Source: Mobula hypostoma (lineage: Eukaryota). From it: a stretch of DNA of 64,000 bases. The translations under genes were made by a program, and so were the position numbers. Below, one piece after another: positions 39,713-52,345 of this stretch. Position 1 is the stretch's first letter. Every line of letters starts with the position of its first letter. The notes beneath the pieces were generated by a model. That model did not search any database. It worked only from the letters and a program-made list of their open reading frames with translations, and was not told the origin of the DNA. The stretch lies in the NCBI RefSeq assembly GCF_963921235.1, contig NC_086097.1:197968001-198032000 (forward strand), in the 5' to 3' direction.

Positions 39713-39897
39713 AAATCGAGGTACAGAATAGAAAAGCAAGAAAGATACAGTTAAACAGTATCGATCCTTTGTTAGACTACACTAACAGCACTGTATACAA
39801 CTCTGGTTGTCTAGTTAATAGGATAGAGGGACATAAGGAGAAGGCAGGATAAGAAGACTTAGAAGTGTTCTAACCAAAGTCTGTTTAATTATAAACC

Positions 39898-40021
39898 TGA
39901 GAAAGTCTGCAGATACTGGAAATCCAAAGCAATACACACAAAATGCTGGAGGAACTCATCAGGTTATGCAGAATCCATAGGAATGAACAAACAGTCGATG
40001 TTTCGGGCCGAGACCCTTCTC
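39898..40021 (-). mobile_element. PLE-type repeat truncated within the hammerhead
   Basis: CAGTCGATGTTTCGGGCCGAGACCCTTC with the CUGAUGA half missing. Confidence 0.75.
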
Positions 40022-40519
40022 ATTCTATGTAATACGTAGAATTACAACTTTTTGCTGTATATCTGGACTTTACAATAAATCTAAGTTAATACAGATTGGA
40101 AAAATGTTTGGGAAGCTGTATAATTATAATGCTTTGACAAAGAGTGAGAGCGGAGAAAATGTTTCAATTCTGGGAAGAGCACATAACTGGATGTACAAGA
40201 AATGCAATAGAGAATTCAGAAAAGAAAGCTCTTTACCCAAAGAATGGTGAAAAACTGAAATACTATATCACAAGGAGTGGTTGAAGCAAATAGAATTGGT
40301 GTATTTAAGGGGACAGCTAACAATCACAAAGAGGTGAAGAGAATATTGGGTTGCATGCTGGAAGATTTATATGAGACTTGAGTGAAGCAGAAAAATCAAC
40401 AATGACTAATTTGGCCAAATGGACTGCCTTTGTGATGTTTATTCTATGTAACATGTAGAATTATAATTCTTCTGTTGTATCTCTGGGCTTTAAAATAAAT
40501 CTAAATTAATACACGCTGG

Positions 40520-41975
40520 GGAAATGTTTGGAAAGCTGAAAGGTCTGAAGGAAGATGTCACCTGGACCAGATGGACTCCACCCCAGGGTTCTGAAAGAGA
40601 TAGTTGATAATTCTGGAATGATTCCAGAGGACTGGAAAATTGCAGATGTCACTCTACTCTTTAAGAAGGGAAGGAGGCAAAAGACAGGAAATTATAAACC
40701 AGTTAGCAAGACTTCTGTGATCAGGAGATGTTAAAGTCCCTTATTAAGGATGAGGTTTTGGGGTACGTAGAGGCACATAGTAAAGTAGGCTGAAGTCAGT
40801 ATGGTTAACTTAAGGGGATAGCATGCCTGACTAATCAATTGGACTTCTTTGAGAAAATATTAGACAGGATAGACAAAGGAGAGTCAGTGGATGTTGTTTA
40901 CTTGGATTTTCAGAAGACCTTTATCAAGGTGCCACATTTGAGGCTACTAAACAAAATAAGCACTGTGGTATTACAGGAAAGATACTAGCATGGACAGAAG
41001 ATTGGTTGACTGGCAGAAGACAAAGAGTGGGAATAAAAGAGGGCCTTATCTGGTAGGCTGCTGGTGACTTGTGGTGTTCTGCAGGGGTCAGTGTTGGATC
41101 TTCTACTTTTCATATTATATGTTAATGATCTGGATGACGGAACTTTGTGTAGAGAAGTCTATGGTTATGCACTTTGGTAGAAGGAATAAAGGCATAAATT
41201 ACCTTCTCTATGGGGAGCAAATTCAGAAATCGGAGGCACAAAGGAACATGAGAATCCTTGTGCAGGCTTCCCTAAAGGTTAAATTGCAGGTTGAGTCAGT
41301 AGTAAGGAGGGCAAATGTAATGTCAGCATTCATTTCCAGAGAGCTAGAATATAGAAACAAGGATGTAATTCTGAGACTTTATAAGGCATTGGCCAGGCGA
41401 CCTTTGGAGTAATATGAGAAGTGCTTGACCCCATATTTAAGAAAGGATGTACTGTACTGGCATTAAAGAGGGTCCAGAGGAGATTCATGGGAATGTTTCC
41501 ATGAATGAAAGGGATAATGTTTGAGGAGAGTTTGATGGCTCTGGGCCTGTACTCGCTGGTGTTTAGAAGAATGAAGGGGATCTCATTGAAACCTACCAGA
41601 TATTGAAAGGCTCAGATAAAGTGAACATACGGAGGATGTACCCAATTGTGGGAGAGTCTAGGACCAGAGGCATTGCCCCAGAATAGACCAACGTTCCATT
41701 AGAACGGAGATGAGGAGGAATTTGTTTAGTTAGAGGGTGGTGAATCTTTGGAATTCATTGGTGCAAACGGCTTTTTGTGTGTGTGTGTGGGGAGGGGTAT
41801 GTTGTTGGGTATATTTAAAGCAGAGATTAATAAGGTCCTTAGTAGGAGCTTCATAGATATGGGGTAGAAGGTGGGAGGATGGGGTTGAGAGGGTAAATAA
41901 ATCAGCCATGATCAAATGGAAAGCATTTTAATGGGCTAATTGGCCTAATTCTGCTGTTATGTCTTATGGTCTTAT
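40520..41975 (+). mobile_element. Degenerate CR1 RT to 3' end
   Basis: GPDGLHPRVLKE, YLDFQK, MHFGRRNKG motifs; TCTTATGG tail. Confidence 0.9.
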
Positions 41976-42149
41976 GGAAGATGCCTAGCCTAGGATACCT
42001 GTGTTCTTACTGATTCCTGAACTCAAGATCAGTATTACTTGGAGAAATTTTGATACAAAATTGCTAATATTTTCCAGCAGGTTACATTACAAGTAGGCAC
42101 CAGTCCGATAAAGAGTTTCAGCTGAAATGCTGACTATTCCCTTCCAAGG

Positions 42150-42545
42150 ATCCAAGCAATACACATAAAATGCTGGAAGAACCCAGCAGACCAGGCAGCA
42201 TCTATGGAACAGCCTAAACAGTCAATGTTTCAGGCCAAGACCCTTCATCAGGACTGGAAAAAAAGATGAGAAGTTAGAGCAAGAAGGTGAGGGGAAGGGA
42301 GGGGAGGAACAAGTAAAAGGTGGTAAATGATAGGTTGAACTGGGAGAGGAGAAGGAGTGAAGTAAAGAGCAGGGAAGTTGATAGGAAAAAGAGAGAAAGG
42401 CCTGAGAAGGGGGAATCTGATAGGAGAAGGTAGAAGATCATGGAAGAAAGGGGAGTGGGAGGAGCACCAGAGGGAGGAGATGGGCAGGTAAGGTGAGAGA
42501 GGGGAATGGGAATGGTGAAGGTGGGGGGCGAGGGGACAATTGCCT
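42150..42545 (-). mobile_element. PLE-type repeat with hammerhead motif (42219-42256) and purine-rich tract
   Basis: Minus strand CAGUC CUGAUGA A GGG UCUUGG CCU GAAA CA UU GACUG; perfect 5-bp stem I. Confidence 0.8.
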
Positions 42546-43014
42546 AAAGTATTTCTCTGACGTTATCCCAATCATGATTCAGTTTAGAATATGGTTCTGT
42601 GGATGCTAGCTTTCATGGAGTTATCCATGCAAACAGCCCACCCCATCGTCTTACCTGTTTAAATAATGACTCAGAATTTATTAAAAAACAAAGTCCGAAT
42701 GATTGCTAATGGTACTAATGTGCAAATCACTTAGCAGCTGGTGCAAAATAGAAATATCTCAAGAATTTCAAATGATCTAGAGTAAGTGGACAACTTGCAC
42801 TGTTCTGTTATTGACTGCAAGTAATAAGATTGCCTAGGGCTAGAGCTTGGCTAAAGATGCTTCATTCATTTGAGGTGGATTTAATGTTTATGATCCGACT
42901 GTTGTGTAACTAAGCCTACAGTAATGTATTTGTCATTTTTTGAGGATCAGATTGGGGCACAGATCAAACTTTATTTGTCATACTGGAGAACGGTTGCAAA
43001 AAAATTTACCGGAG

Positions 43015-44200
43015 GAAGATGTGATCTCTGTCCCAGAAGCTGATGTTAGGCTGTCTTTAACGATAGTGAACCCTCACAAGGTGGAAGGTCCCGATGGAGT
43101 ACCTGGTAAGGCTCTGAAAACCTGTGCCAACCAACTGGCAGGAGTATTCAAGGACATTTTCAACCTCTCACTGATACAGGTGGAAGTTTCCACTTGCTTC
43201 AAAAAGGCATCAGTTATACCAGTGCCTAAGAAGAATAATGTGAGCTGCCTTATTGACTATCACCCAGTAGCACTCACATCTACAGTGATGAAATGCTTTG
43301 AGGTTGGTCATGTCTAGACTGAACTCCTGCCTCAACAAGGACCTGGACCCATTGCAGTCTGCCTATCGCTACTATAGGTCAACGGCAGATGTGATCTCAA
43401 TGGCTCTTCACATGGCTTTAGACCACCCGGACAACACAAACACCTATGTAAGGATGCTGTTCATCGACTATAGCTCAGCATTTAATACCATCATTCCCAC
43501 AATCCTGATTGAGAAATTATAGAACCTGGGCTCTGTACCTCCACCTGCAATTGGATCCTCAACTTCGTAACCGGAAGACCACAATCTGTGTGGATTGGTG
43601 ATAACATCTCCCCCTCACTGACAATCAACACTGGTGCACCTCAGGGGTGTGTGCTTAGCCCACTGCTCTACTCTCTCTATAACCATGACTATGCGGCTGG
43701 GCATAGCTCAAATACCATCTATAAATTTGCTGATGATACAACCATTGTTGGTAGAATCTCAGGTGGTGACAAGAGGGTGTACAGGAGTGAGATATGCCAA
43801 CTAGTGGAGTGGTGCCACAACAACAACCTGGCACTCAACATCAGTAAGATGAAAGAGCTGATTTTGGACTTCAGGAAGTGTAAGACGAAGGAACACATAC
43901 CAATCCTCATAGAGTGGTCAGAAGTGGAGAGAGTGAGCAGTTTCAAGTTTCTGGTGTCAAGATCTCTGAGGACCTAACCTGATCCCAACATATTGATGCA
44001 GTTATGAAGAAGGCAAGACAGCGACTGTACATCATTAGGAATCTGAAGCGATTTGGTATGTCAACAAATACACTCAAAAACTTCTATAGATGTGCTGTGG
44101 AGAGCATTCTGACAGGCTGCATCACTGTCTGGTATGGAGGGGCTACTGCACAGGACTGGAAGAAGCTGCAGAGGGTTGTAAGTTTAGTCGGCTCCATCTT
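43015..44200 (+). mobile_element. Rex1/Babar RT fragment
   Basis: [56 protein letters not shown]. Confidence 0.92.
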
Positions 44201-44460
44201 AAATATTATTGACTTTGTATTGCCTTAAATAATTGTCAGAGACTATCTTTAATGATTACCCAATCTGCTGAGTGTGGATTCTTATCCACAAAAGAGTCAG
44301 TCAAAAAATGTGGAAATTGAGGGGAGACTGGATCTCAGAAAGTATGCCAGCTACTAAACACTCAGTATGTTTGGCTGAATAAGGACCTCATAGTAAAATA
44401 CTTCATGTGCTAAGATTTTTGGCTAATTTAAATAATTTATTGGAGACATACATGATAAAT

Positions 44461-45397
44461 GATAGTCATAGTCATAGTCATACTTTATTGATCCCCGGGG
44501 AAATTGGTTTTCGTTAGTTGCACCATAAATAATAAATAGTAATAGAAATAGTAATAGTAATATTACTATTAGTAAATAGTAAATAGTAATAGAAATAATA
44601 AATAGTAATAGAAAATAGTAATAAGTAGTTAAATAGTAATATGTAAATTATGCCAGTAAATTATGAAATAAGTCCAGGACCAGCCTATTGGCTCAGGGTG
44701 TCTGACCCTCCAAGGGAGGAGTTGTAAAGTTTGATGGCCACAGGCAGGAATGACTTCCTATGACGCTGTGTGCTGCATCTCGGAGGAATGAGTCTCTGGC
44801 TGAATGTACTCCTGTGCCCAACCAGTACATTATGTAGTGGATGGGAGACATTGTCCAAGATGGCATGCAAGTTAGACAGCATCCTCTTTTCAGACACCAC
44901 CATGACAGAGTCCAGTTCCATCCCCACAACATCACTGGCCTTATGAATTAATTTGTTGATTCTGTTGGTGTCTGCCACCCTCAGCCTGCTGCCCCAGCAC
45001 ACAACAGCAAACATGATAACACTGGCCACCACGGACTCGCAGAACATCCTCAGCATCATCCGGCAGATGTCAAAGGACCTCAGTCTCCTCAGGAAATAGA
45101 GATGGCTCTGACCCTTCTTGTAGACAGCCTTAGTGTTCTTTGACCAGTCCAGTTTATTGTCAATTCATATCCCCAGGTATTTGTAATCCTCCACCATGTC
45201 CACATTGACCCCCTGGATGGAAACAGGGGTCACTGGTACATTAGCTCTCCTCAGGTCTACCACCAGCTCCTTAGTCTTTTTCATATTAAGCTGCAGATAA
45301 TTCTGCTCACACCATGTGACAAAGTTTCCTACCATAGCCCTGTACTCAACCTCATCTCCCTTGCTGATGCATCCAACTATGGCAGAGTCATCCGAAA
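44461..45397 (-). mobile_element. Rex1/Babar 3' part (second subfamily) with an (AATAGT)n-like array at about 44530-44640
   Basis: FSDDSAIVGCI, KTKELVVD, SHPLH..RKSFLPVAIKLYN; (GACTAT)n tail. Confidence 0.9.
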
Positions 45398-46207
45398 ATA
45401 ATGGGTGCAACTGATATTTGTGGGTAATATTACCTATGAAATTATTAAATAACTTTGTTGATGTGATCTTAAGAGCAAATTATAATCTTAAATATACTTA
45501 TATGTCTCCTCCACATTACTATCTACTCTTGGTCTCTACATAAGTTCATACTTTTGCCTCTCCTTTGCTCTTATATGCGGTTTCATTAAGTCATTTATTT
45601 TTCAATCTCTCAAAGTACTCCACAGTATTGCAGGACCATTTCATCCTGGCAGAAAAGGTAAATTATTGTTAGACTCATGATTACTTAGAAAAATTAAATA
45701 AAACAATACACCATTTATTGAGTCAATGAAATAAAATCTTGACTAATAACACTAAAGAAGATATTTATTACAAAATTAATCAAATATACAAAATTCATAA
45801 AAGACCCATTAATAACCTTATTTCATACAATCATTCTGATTGTTATTGTCCCTTAGATGACATGAATGAACAGTAAGATTGTTTGGTACGTGATGTCTGC
45901 TTGGGGTCCAATAAAACTGTAGTCCCATGAAAAGTAATGTTACAGATTGTCTCTTGGTAGTTTCTGTGGAAAGGAATAGATGAGACAAGCTACAAATGGA
46001 CACATTCATTCTAAAATTATTATGCCCTCGCTAGAGTACTTTTTAATGTATTCTGATGATAGATTGTTCATAGTTTCTGCAATGTTACTCATACAATACA
46101 AGTAAGGGTCATATTGTAAGTTAGTTTCAAAGACTTTATAAAAAGAAATTGCATAAATACTTGAATGCGAAGATATATCACAGGACTATATAGAAATGCA
46201 GGAAGCG

Positions 46208-46530
46208 TTTGAAGTTCAAAGTAAATTTATTATCAAAGTACAAATATGTTACCACATACTACCTTGAAATTAATTTTCTTGCAGGCATTTACAGGAAAAA
46301 GAAATACAACAGAATATTACAAAAAAAACTTCACATAAACAACAAAGACTGACAAACAATCAATATGCAAAAGAAGACACAATGTGCATATAAAAATAAT
46401 ACCAAGAACCTGAGTTGTAAAGTGTCTTTGAAGGTTACTCTGTGGGTGGTTGAATAAGATCAGAGTAGTATTGACTGAAGTTATCCATGCCAGTTCAGGA
46501 GCCTGATGTTTGTATGGTAATATCTGGTCC
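46208..46530 (-). mobile_element. Rex1/Babar 3' UTR fragment
   Basis: GTTCAAAGTAAATTTATTATCAAAGT tail shared with 19485 and 60925. Confidence 0.75.
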
Positions 46531-47344
46531 TATTAAACTGTTACACTATTACATTAGAAATTACACTATTGACTATTTTTTTTCAAAGAACTAGCTGTTA
46601 TAACACACATGATTCTGTAGTATACATATCCTTCTATGCTATGCTCATAGCTTTTCTTATAATCATTGCTATAAGACTATTGAATGGACTCTTGACCTCA
46701 AATCTACCCCACCATAGCCTTACATCTTATTGTCTTCTGGAACTGTGCTTTTTTGAAACTTTAACACTATACCCTACATTCTTGTATTATTGTTTTCTAG
46801 TGCTGTCTCGATGTACTGATGTGATGACATGATGTAAAGGGATGGTATGTAAAACAAAGTTTTCACTGTACCTGGTACATGTGACAATGATAAACCAATT
46901 TACAAGTTCAAAAACTTGCACAATGTACTGTAGAAATTATGCATCTTTGGATACAAATTTCTATATAATTACATCTTATTGTTGACTTTTTTCACGATGA
47001 GCCAGGACACTTTCCAACTGAGACTTATTCTCTCCAGCTGGAACTGTAGGGTTGCTTAGAACAATGCAAAATCCTAACAAACACAAAAGCCATTCAAAGT
47101 ACTCAGGAGACTTGACAGCATCTGTGGAGTGAAAAGTGATTAACATTTCAGGTTGAAGACATTGCATCAAAACTTATGTATTTTTCCAATGCTGAAGCTT
47201 TAATATTATCTTTGGATTTTATAAACCATTGACTTCCTCTTGTGACCATCAGCTGAATTTTGCAATCTGCCATTGGACTGAGGGACTTCATGAGGCGTGA
47301 TCCATGAGAAGGAGTGCGAAATGTGCAGGTTTTGTTTTGCAGTT

Positions 47345-47935
47345 CCAAAGCTAGCAGAGCTGCTGCCTCACAGCTGAAATAATCTAGGTTCACTCCTGAT
47401 ACCCAGTGCTGTCTTTGTGGAGTTTGCATGTTATCTCTGTGAACGTTTAAGTCTCCTCCAGATATTGTGTTTTCCTCCCATGTCCTAGAAGGGTGGAGTT
47501 TGGGAGGTTAATTGACCACTGCTTCCTGTGTAGAAGTAAATTTTAGCATTTAGGAGGAGTTAATGGAAATGTGGGGAGGATAGAATAGGATTAGTGTAAG
47601 CTTAAACAAGAGAAAATCTGCAGATGCTGGAAATCTGAGCAACACACACAAAATGCTGGAGGAACGCAGCAGGCTGGTCAGCATCTAGGAAAAGAGTACA
47701 ATTGAAGTTTTGGGCCAAAACCCTTTGGCAGGACTGGAGAAAAAAAGCTGGGGAATAGACTTTCTCCACTTTTTTTCTCCAGTCCTGCTTGAAGGGTTTC
47801 AGCCCAAAACATCGACTGTACTCTTTTCCAAGAAGCTGCCTGGCCTGCTGAGTTCCTTCAGAATTTTGTTAGTGTAAGCTGAGTGTTGATGGACTGGTTG
47901 GAACTCTAGGCCACTAATTCGTGCTATATCACTTT
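47345..47935 (+). mobile_element. tRNA-derived V-SINE split by a PLE-type insertion
   Basis: GCTGCTGCCTCACAGC, degenerate B box GGTTCACTCC, V domain TGTGGAGTTTGCATGTT...TTTCCTCCCA. Confidence 0.7.
47603..47868. mobile_element. Hairpin PLE-derived insertion, both hammerhead cores mutated
   Basis: 12-bp TSD TTAGTGTAAGCT (47591-47602, 47869-47880); inverted arms of about 100 bp. Confidence 0.85.
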
Positions 47936-48864
47936 AAAAGTACCTGGGAAGTGTAGTCTGTAAGCCCAGATTTGTTTTTATACCAGCCAAAATAGCAATT
48001 TGAGTCTATACCCTTCTGTATATCATCCATCATGACTGCCTCCCTCTCAGTGCAATAAACAAACTGAAAATATTCTCTGAAGCAAAAGATTCAATCGTGT
48101 TCTGCTCTAGCAGTTAATGCCAGCAAGTTTGAATAAGAGAACTGTAATTGTGTATAAATTAAATAGCTATTATAATTAAAATGTACTTTGATCTTTTATA
48201 AAAATACATGATGGGTAAAATGAACTCAGGCAATTTATGCAACTTAAAACAGTTCAATTAGAATACTAATATTAAAATACCAAACCTCTAAGGGAACTAA
48301 TGTAGTAATAACATTTTATTTTTCGAGTTTAGCGTGTGCTAATTTGGGAAGTTGTATTTTTGTATTATTCAACTTTCTAAATAATAAAACATATAAATCA
48401 CAAAATATAGAACCTTGCATACAAAAACGTGCGGTAAAAATAAGCTGAGTTTAATTGTGTCAAACCGGAAGGCTGTATCTAATTGCAATGCATTAATATG
48501 GCCAAAATTACCCCAGGGTTGTATGAAATTCTTATCTGGATAAGAGAATCAACATAATAAATTACGATGTCGTAGACTGACCAAGAGTATCTTTTGTATT
48601 CCTCACCTCAAAGCAATAAGGTATTTGTACAAAGTGGTTAAAATTTATATTCTGTCTATTCAGAATGGATGTACTTTCGTCTTTTTCAAAAAGAAGGGAA
48701 AAAGCCACATGCATAATTTCATTCATGAACATAATTGCATTCTCAAGGCACACCAAATTATTCAATGATTCTAAACATACATGCCCAATTGCCCAGTTAA
48801 ATACATTCATATTTACTGATATGTGTGCATAATCACAAAAACATTCATACTAGTTGTTGATGTA

Positions 48865-50475
48865 CAGTGCCTATAAAAAGTATTCACACCCCTTGGAAGT
48901 TTTCATGTTTTATTGTTTTACGACATTGAATCACGGCAGATTTAATTTTGCTTTTTTTTTGACACTGATCAACAGAAAATGTCTCGTTCATGTCAAAGTG
49001 AAAACATATCTCTACAATGTGATCTAAATTAATTACAAATATACAACACAAAATAATTGATTGCATTAATATTCACACCCTTCAAGTCAGTATTTATTAG
49101 ATGCACCTTTGACAGCAATTACAGCCTTGAGTCTGTGTGGATAGGTCGCTATCAGATTTGCATATCCAATTTTTCCCCATTCTTTTTTACAAAACTGCTC
49201 AAGCTCTGTCAGATTTCATGGAGATCGCGAGTGAACAGCTCTTTTCAAGTCCAGTCATAAATTCTCAATTGACTTGAGGTCTGGACTCTGACTTGGCTAC
49301 TCCAGGGCATTAACTTTGTTGTCTTTAAGCCATTCCTGTGTAGTTTTAGCTTTATGCTTGGGGTCATTATCTTGCTGGAAAACATACCTTCTCCCAAGTT
49401 TCAGTTTTCTTGCAGACTGCATCAGGTTTTCCTCCAGGATTTCCCTGCATTTTGCTACATTCATTTTACCCTCTACCTTCACAGGCCTTCCAGGGCCTAC
49501 TACAGTGAAGCATCCCCACAGCATGATGCAGCCATCACCATGCTTCATGAAAGGGATGGTGTTTTTGATGATGTACAGTGTTTGGCTTACATCAAACATA
49601 GCGTTTAGTCTGTTGGCCAAAAAGCTCAATTTTGGTTTCATCAGACCGTAGAACCTTCTTCCAGCTGACTTCAGAGTCTCCTTCCTACCAACTGTAGCTG
49701 AGATTTCATGTGAGTTTTTTTTCAACAGTGGCTTTCTCTTTGCCACTTTTCCATAAAGCTGCAACTGGTGAAGCATCTGGGTAACAGTTGCTGTATGCAC
49801 AGTTTCTCCTATCTCAGCCACTAAAGCTTGTAATTACTCCAGAGTTGTCATACGTGTCTTGGTGGCCTCTCTTACTAGTCCCCTTCTTGCATGGCCACTC
49901 ATTTTTTGAGGACGGCCTGCTCTGGGCAGATTTATAGCTGTGCCATATTCTTGCCTTGCCATTCCTTAATAATTGACTTAACTGTGCTCCAGGGGATATT
50001 CAGTGACTTAGAAACTTCTTTGCATCCATGTCTTGACTTGTGTTTTTCAATAACCTTTTTGTGGAGCTGCTTGGAGAGCTATTTGTCTTTGTGGTGTAGT
50101 TTTTGCCAGGATACTGACTCACCAGCAGTTGGACCTTCCAGATACAGGTGTATTTTTCTGCAATCAATTGAAAAACCTTGACTGTACACAGGTCTCCAAA
50201 AACAGATCTCCATTCAACTGATTATGTGACTTCTGATTCCAATTGGCTGCAGCAGTGATGATCTGGTGTATCATATTAAAGGGGGGGGGGTGAATACTTA
50301 TGCAAACAATTATTTTGTGTTTTATATTTGTAATTAATTTTGATCACTTTGACACGAAAGAGTCTTTTTTCTGTTGATCAGTGTCCAAAAAGCCAAATTA
50401 AATCCACTGTAATTCAATGTTGTAAAATAGTAAAACATGTAAAACTTCCAAGAGATTGAAGACTTATAGGCACTG
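48865..50475 (-). mobile_element. Complete Tc1-family (IR/DR type) transposon, transposase disrupted
   Basis: TA|CAGTGCCTATAA...TTATAGGCACTG|CA; TIRs of about 215 bp with inner direct repeat TATTCACACCC (48881, 49070); GKVAKRKPLL, KHGDGCIMLWGCF, FQQDNDPKH motifs. Confidence 0.93.
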
Positions 50476-50884
50476 CACATACAGTGGATATGTCACAGTT
50501 TTGTGTTCTCTAATATAAACATAGAACCAAAATTACTGATACACAAACATATTCATTTACTGAGATACATGTATATGTGTTTAAACACATTCAGAGTTAT
50601 TTGCATACATATGCATAAACAGGCAAACATATTTTATTTATTTTCTCTGATTTCAACACACTCATGAGCACATATATATATTCAGTATTGCTAATACACA
50701 CAGGCACACATTTGAATTTATTTAAGTCTTCACTGACATTCATATAGTGGCACAGAGAGATAAACAGCTAAACACCTGTTCGCAAACCTGCTTTGAACCT
50801 TCTCCAATGTCAGCACATCTTTTCTTGGATGAGGGGCCAAGAATTGTTCTTAATACTCCAAATGAGAATTCAACAGTGTTTTAA

Positions 50885-52345
50885 GACACTTGTGAAGCCT
50901 TACCTTGAGTATTTAGACATAGACATAGACATACTTTATTGATTCCGAGGGAAATTGAATTTCATTACAGCTGCACCAACCAAGAATAGAGCATAAATAT
51001 AGAAATACAAAAACCACAAACAATCAAACAACAATATACAAACTATGCCAGATGGAAATAAGTCCAGGACCAGCCTATTGGCTCAGGGTGTCTGACCCTC
51101 CACGGGAAGAGCTGCAAAGTTCGATGGCCACAGGCAGGAACAACCTCTGATGGCGCCCAGTGTTGTATCTCGGTGGAATATGGCCGGAGTCCAACAGCAA
51201 AAAGTTCAATATCCAGGCTACAAACACGTTCCTCGATCGTAATATGACCAGGATTGCACCATCCGTTGTTAACTAGAACAGCAAGCCGCCAACTCCTTTA
51301 CGCTTACCGCTGTCAGTGCACTTCCGGTCAGCCCGAACGGTCTGGAAGCCGTCCATGGAAAAGTGTTGGTCGGGTATGTCCACGTGCAGTCCAAGTGGAG
51401 AACTCCTCTTCTCCATACGTCTCTGTTGTCTCAACCTGGTCCTCTTCCCTCGCCTTTTTGATCCCCCTCTGCATCCTCTGTGTGTTTTCCTCCAGATTTC
51501 AGCCAGGGTGTCTGCCGCTCTGTTCACTAAACCGGCCGGCATAAGTGCCATCAGCTGGTCCCTGGAATAAACAATGCGACCATACTGCTGCCCCGCTAAT
51601 GAGATGTGTCCGAATGAAACTATTTCCAGCGCTAAAAACCCAAATAAAACTCTCTCCACCAGCATGTTAGAGAGGGTGCAGCTTCAACGTGTTACCATGA
51701 AAAAAATACAACAAATAACGTAAGTTAAAAAAGTAAGAAGAAAAAAATGAGAAGACTAGTTGGACCAGCTGTAACAGGCTGCATGCATGACTGGCGCATG
51801 CGCATTTTGAACTGTTCTGGGCTCCTTATTGAAGAAAATACATGCTGGCATTGGAGAGGGTTCAGAAGAGTTTCACAAGGATGATTCTGGGGATGAAAAG
51901 GCCATCATATGAGGTATGCTTGATGGCTCCGGGCCTGTACTCGCTGGAATTAGAAGAATGAGGGGGGATCTCATTGAAATCTTTCAAATGTTGAAAGGCC
52001 TAGACAGAGTAGATGTGGAAAGGAGGTTTTCCATGATGGGGGAGTCTAGGACAAGAGGACACAACCGCAGGATAGAGGGATGTCCATTTAAAATAGAGAT
52101 GCAGAGAAATTTCTTTAGCCAAAGGGTGGTGAATTTGTTACCACAGGCTGCTGTGGAGGCCAGGTCATTGGGTGTATTTAAGGCAGAGCTTGATAGGTTC
52201 TTGATTGGGCATGGCATCAAACGTTACGGGGAGAAGGCTGGCGAGTGTGGCTGAGGAGGGGAAAAAAGGATCAGCCATGATTGAATGGCAGAGCAGACTT
52301 GATGGGCCAAATGGTCTAATTCTGCTCTTATAACTATGGTCTTAT
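50885..52345 (+). mobile_element. CR1 3' end interrupted by a short Rex derivative
   Basis: RRMRGDLIEIFQMLKGLDRVD..RTRGH..FFSQRVVNL. Confidence 0.85.
50915..51803 (-). mobile_element. Internally deleted Rex1/Babar element (5' UTR and endonuclease start joined to the 3' end)
   Basis: (TATGTC)n tail; 3' end matches 44665-44790; YSRDQLMAL and DGFQTVRADR N-terminal motifs; ATTT at both junctions. Confidence 0.75.

Noticed and set aside
47345..47410. tRNA gene
   Set aside because: Degenerate SINE head followed by a V domain; no cloverleaf.
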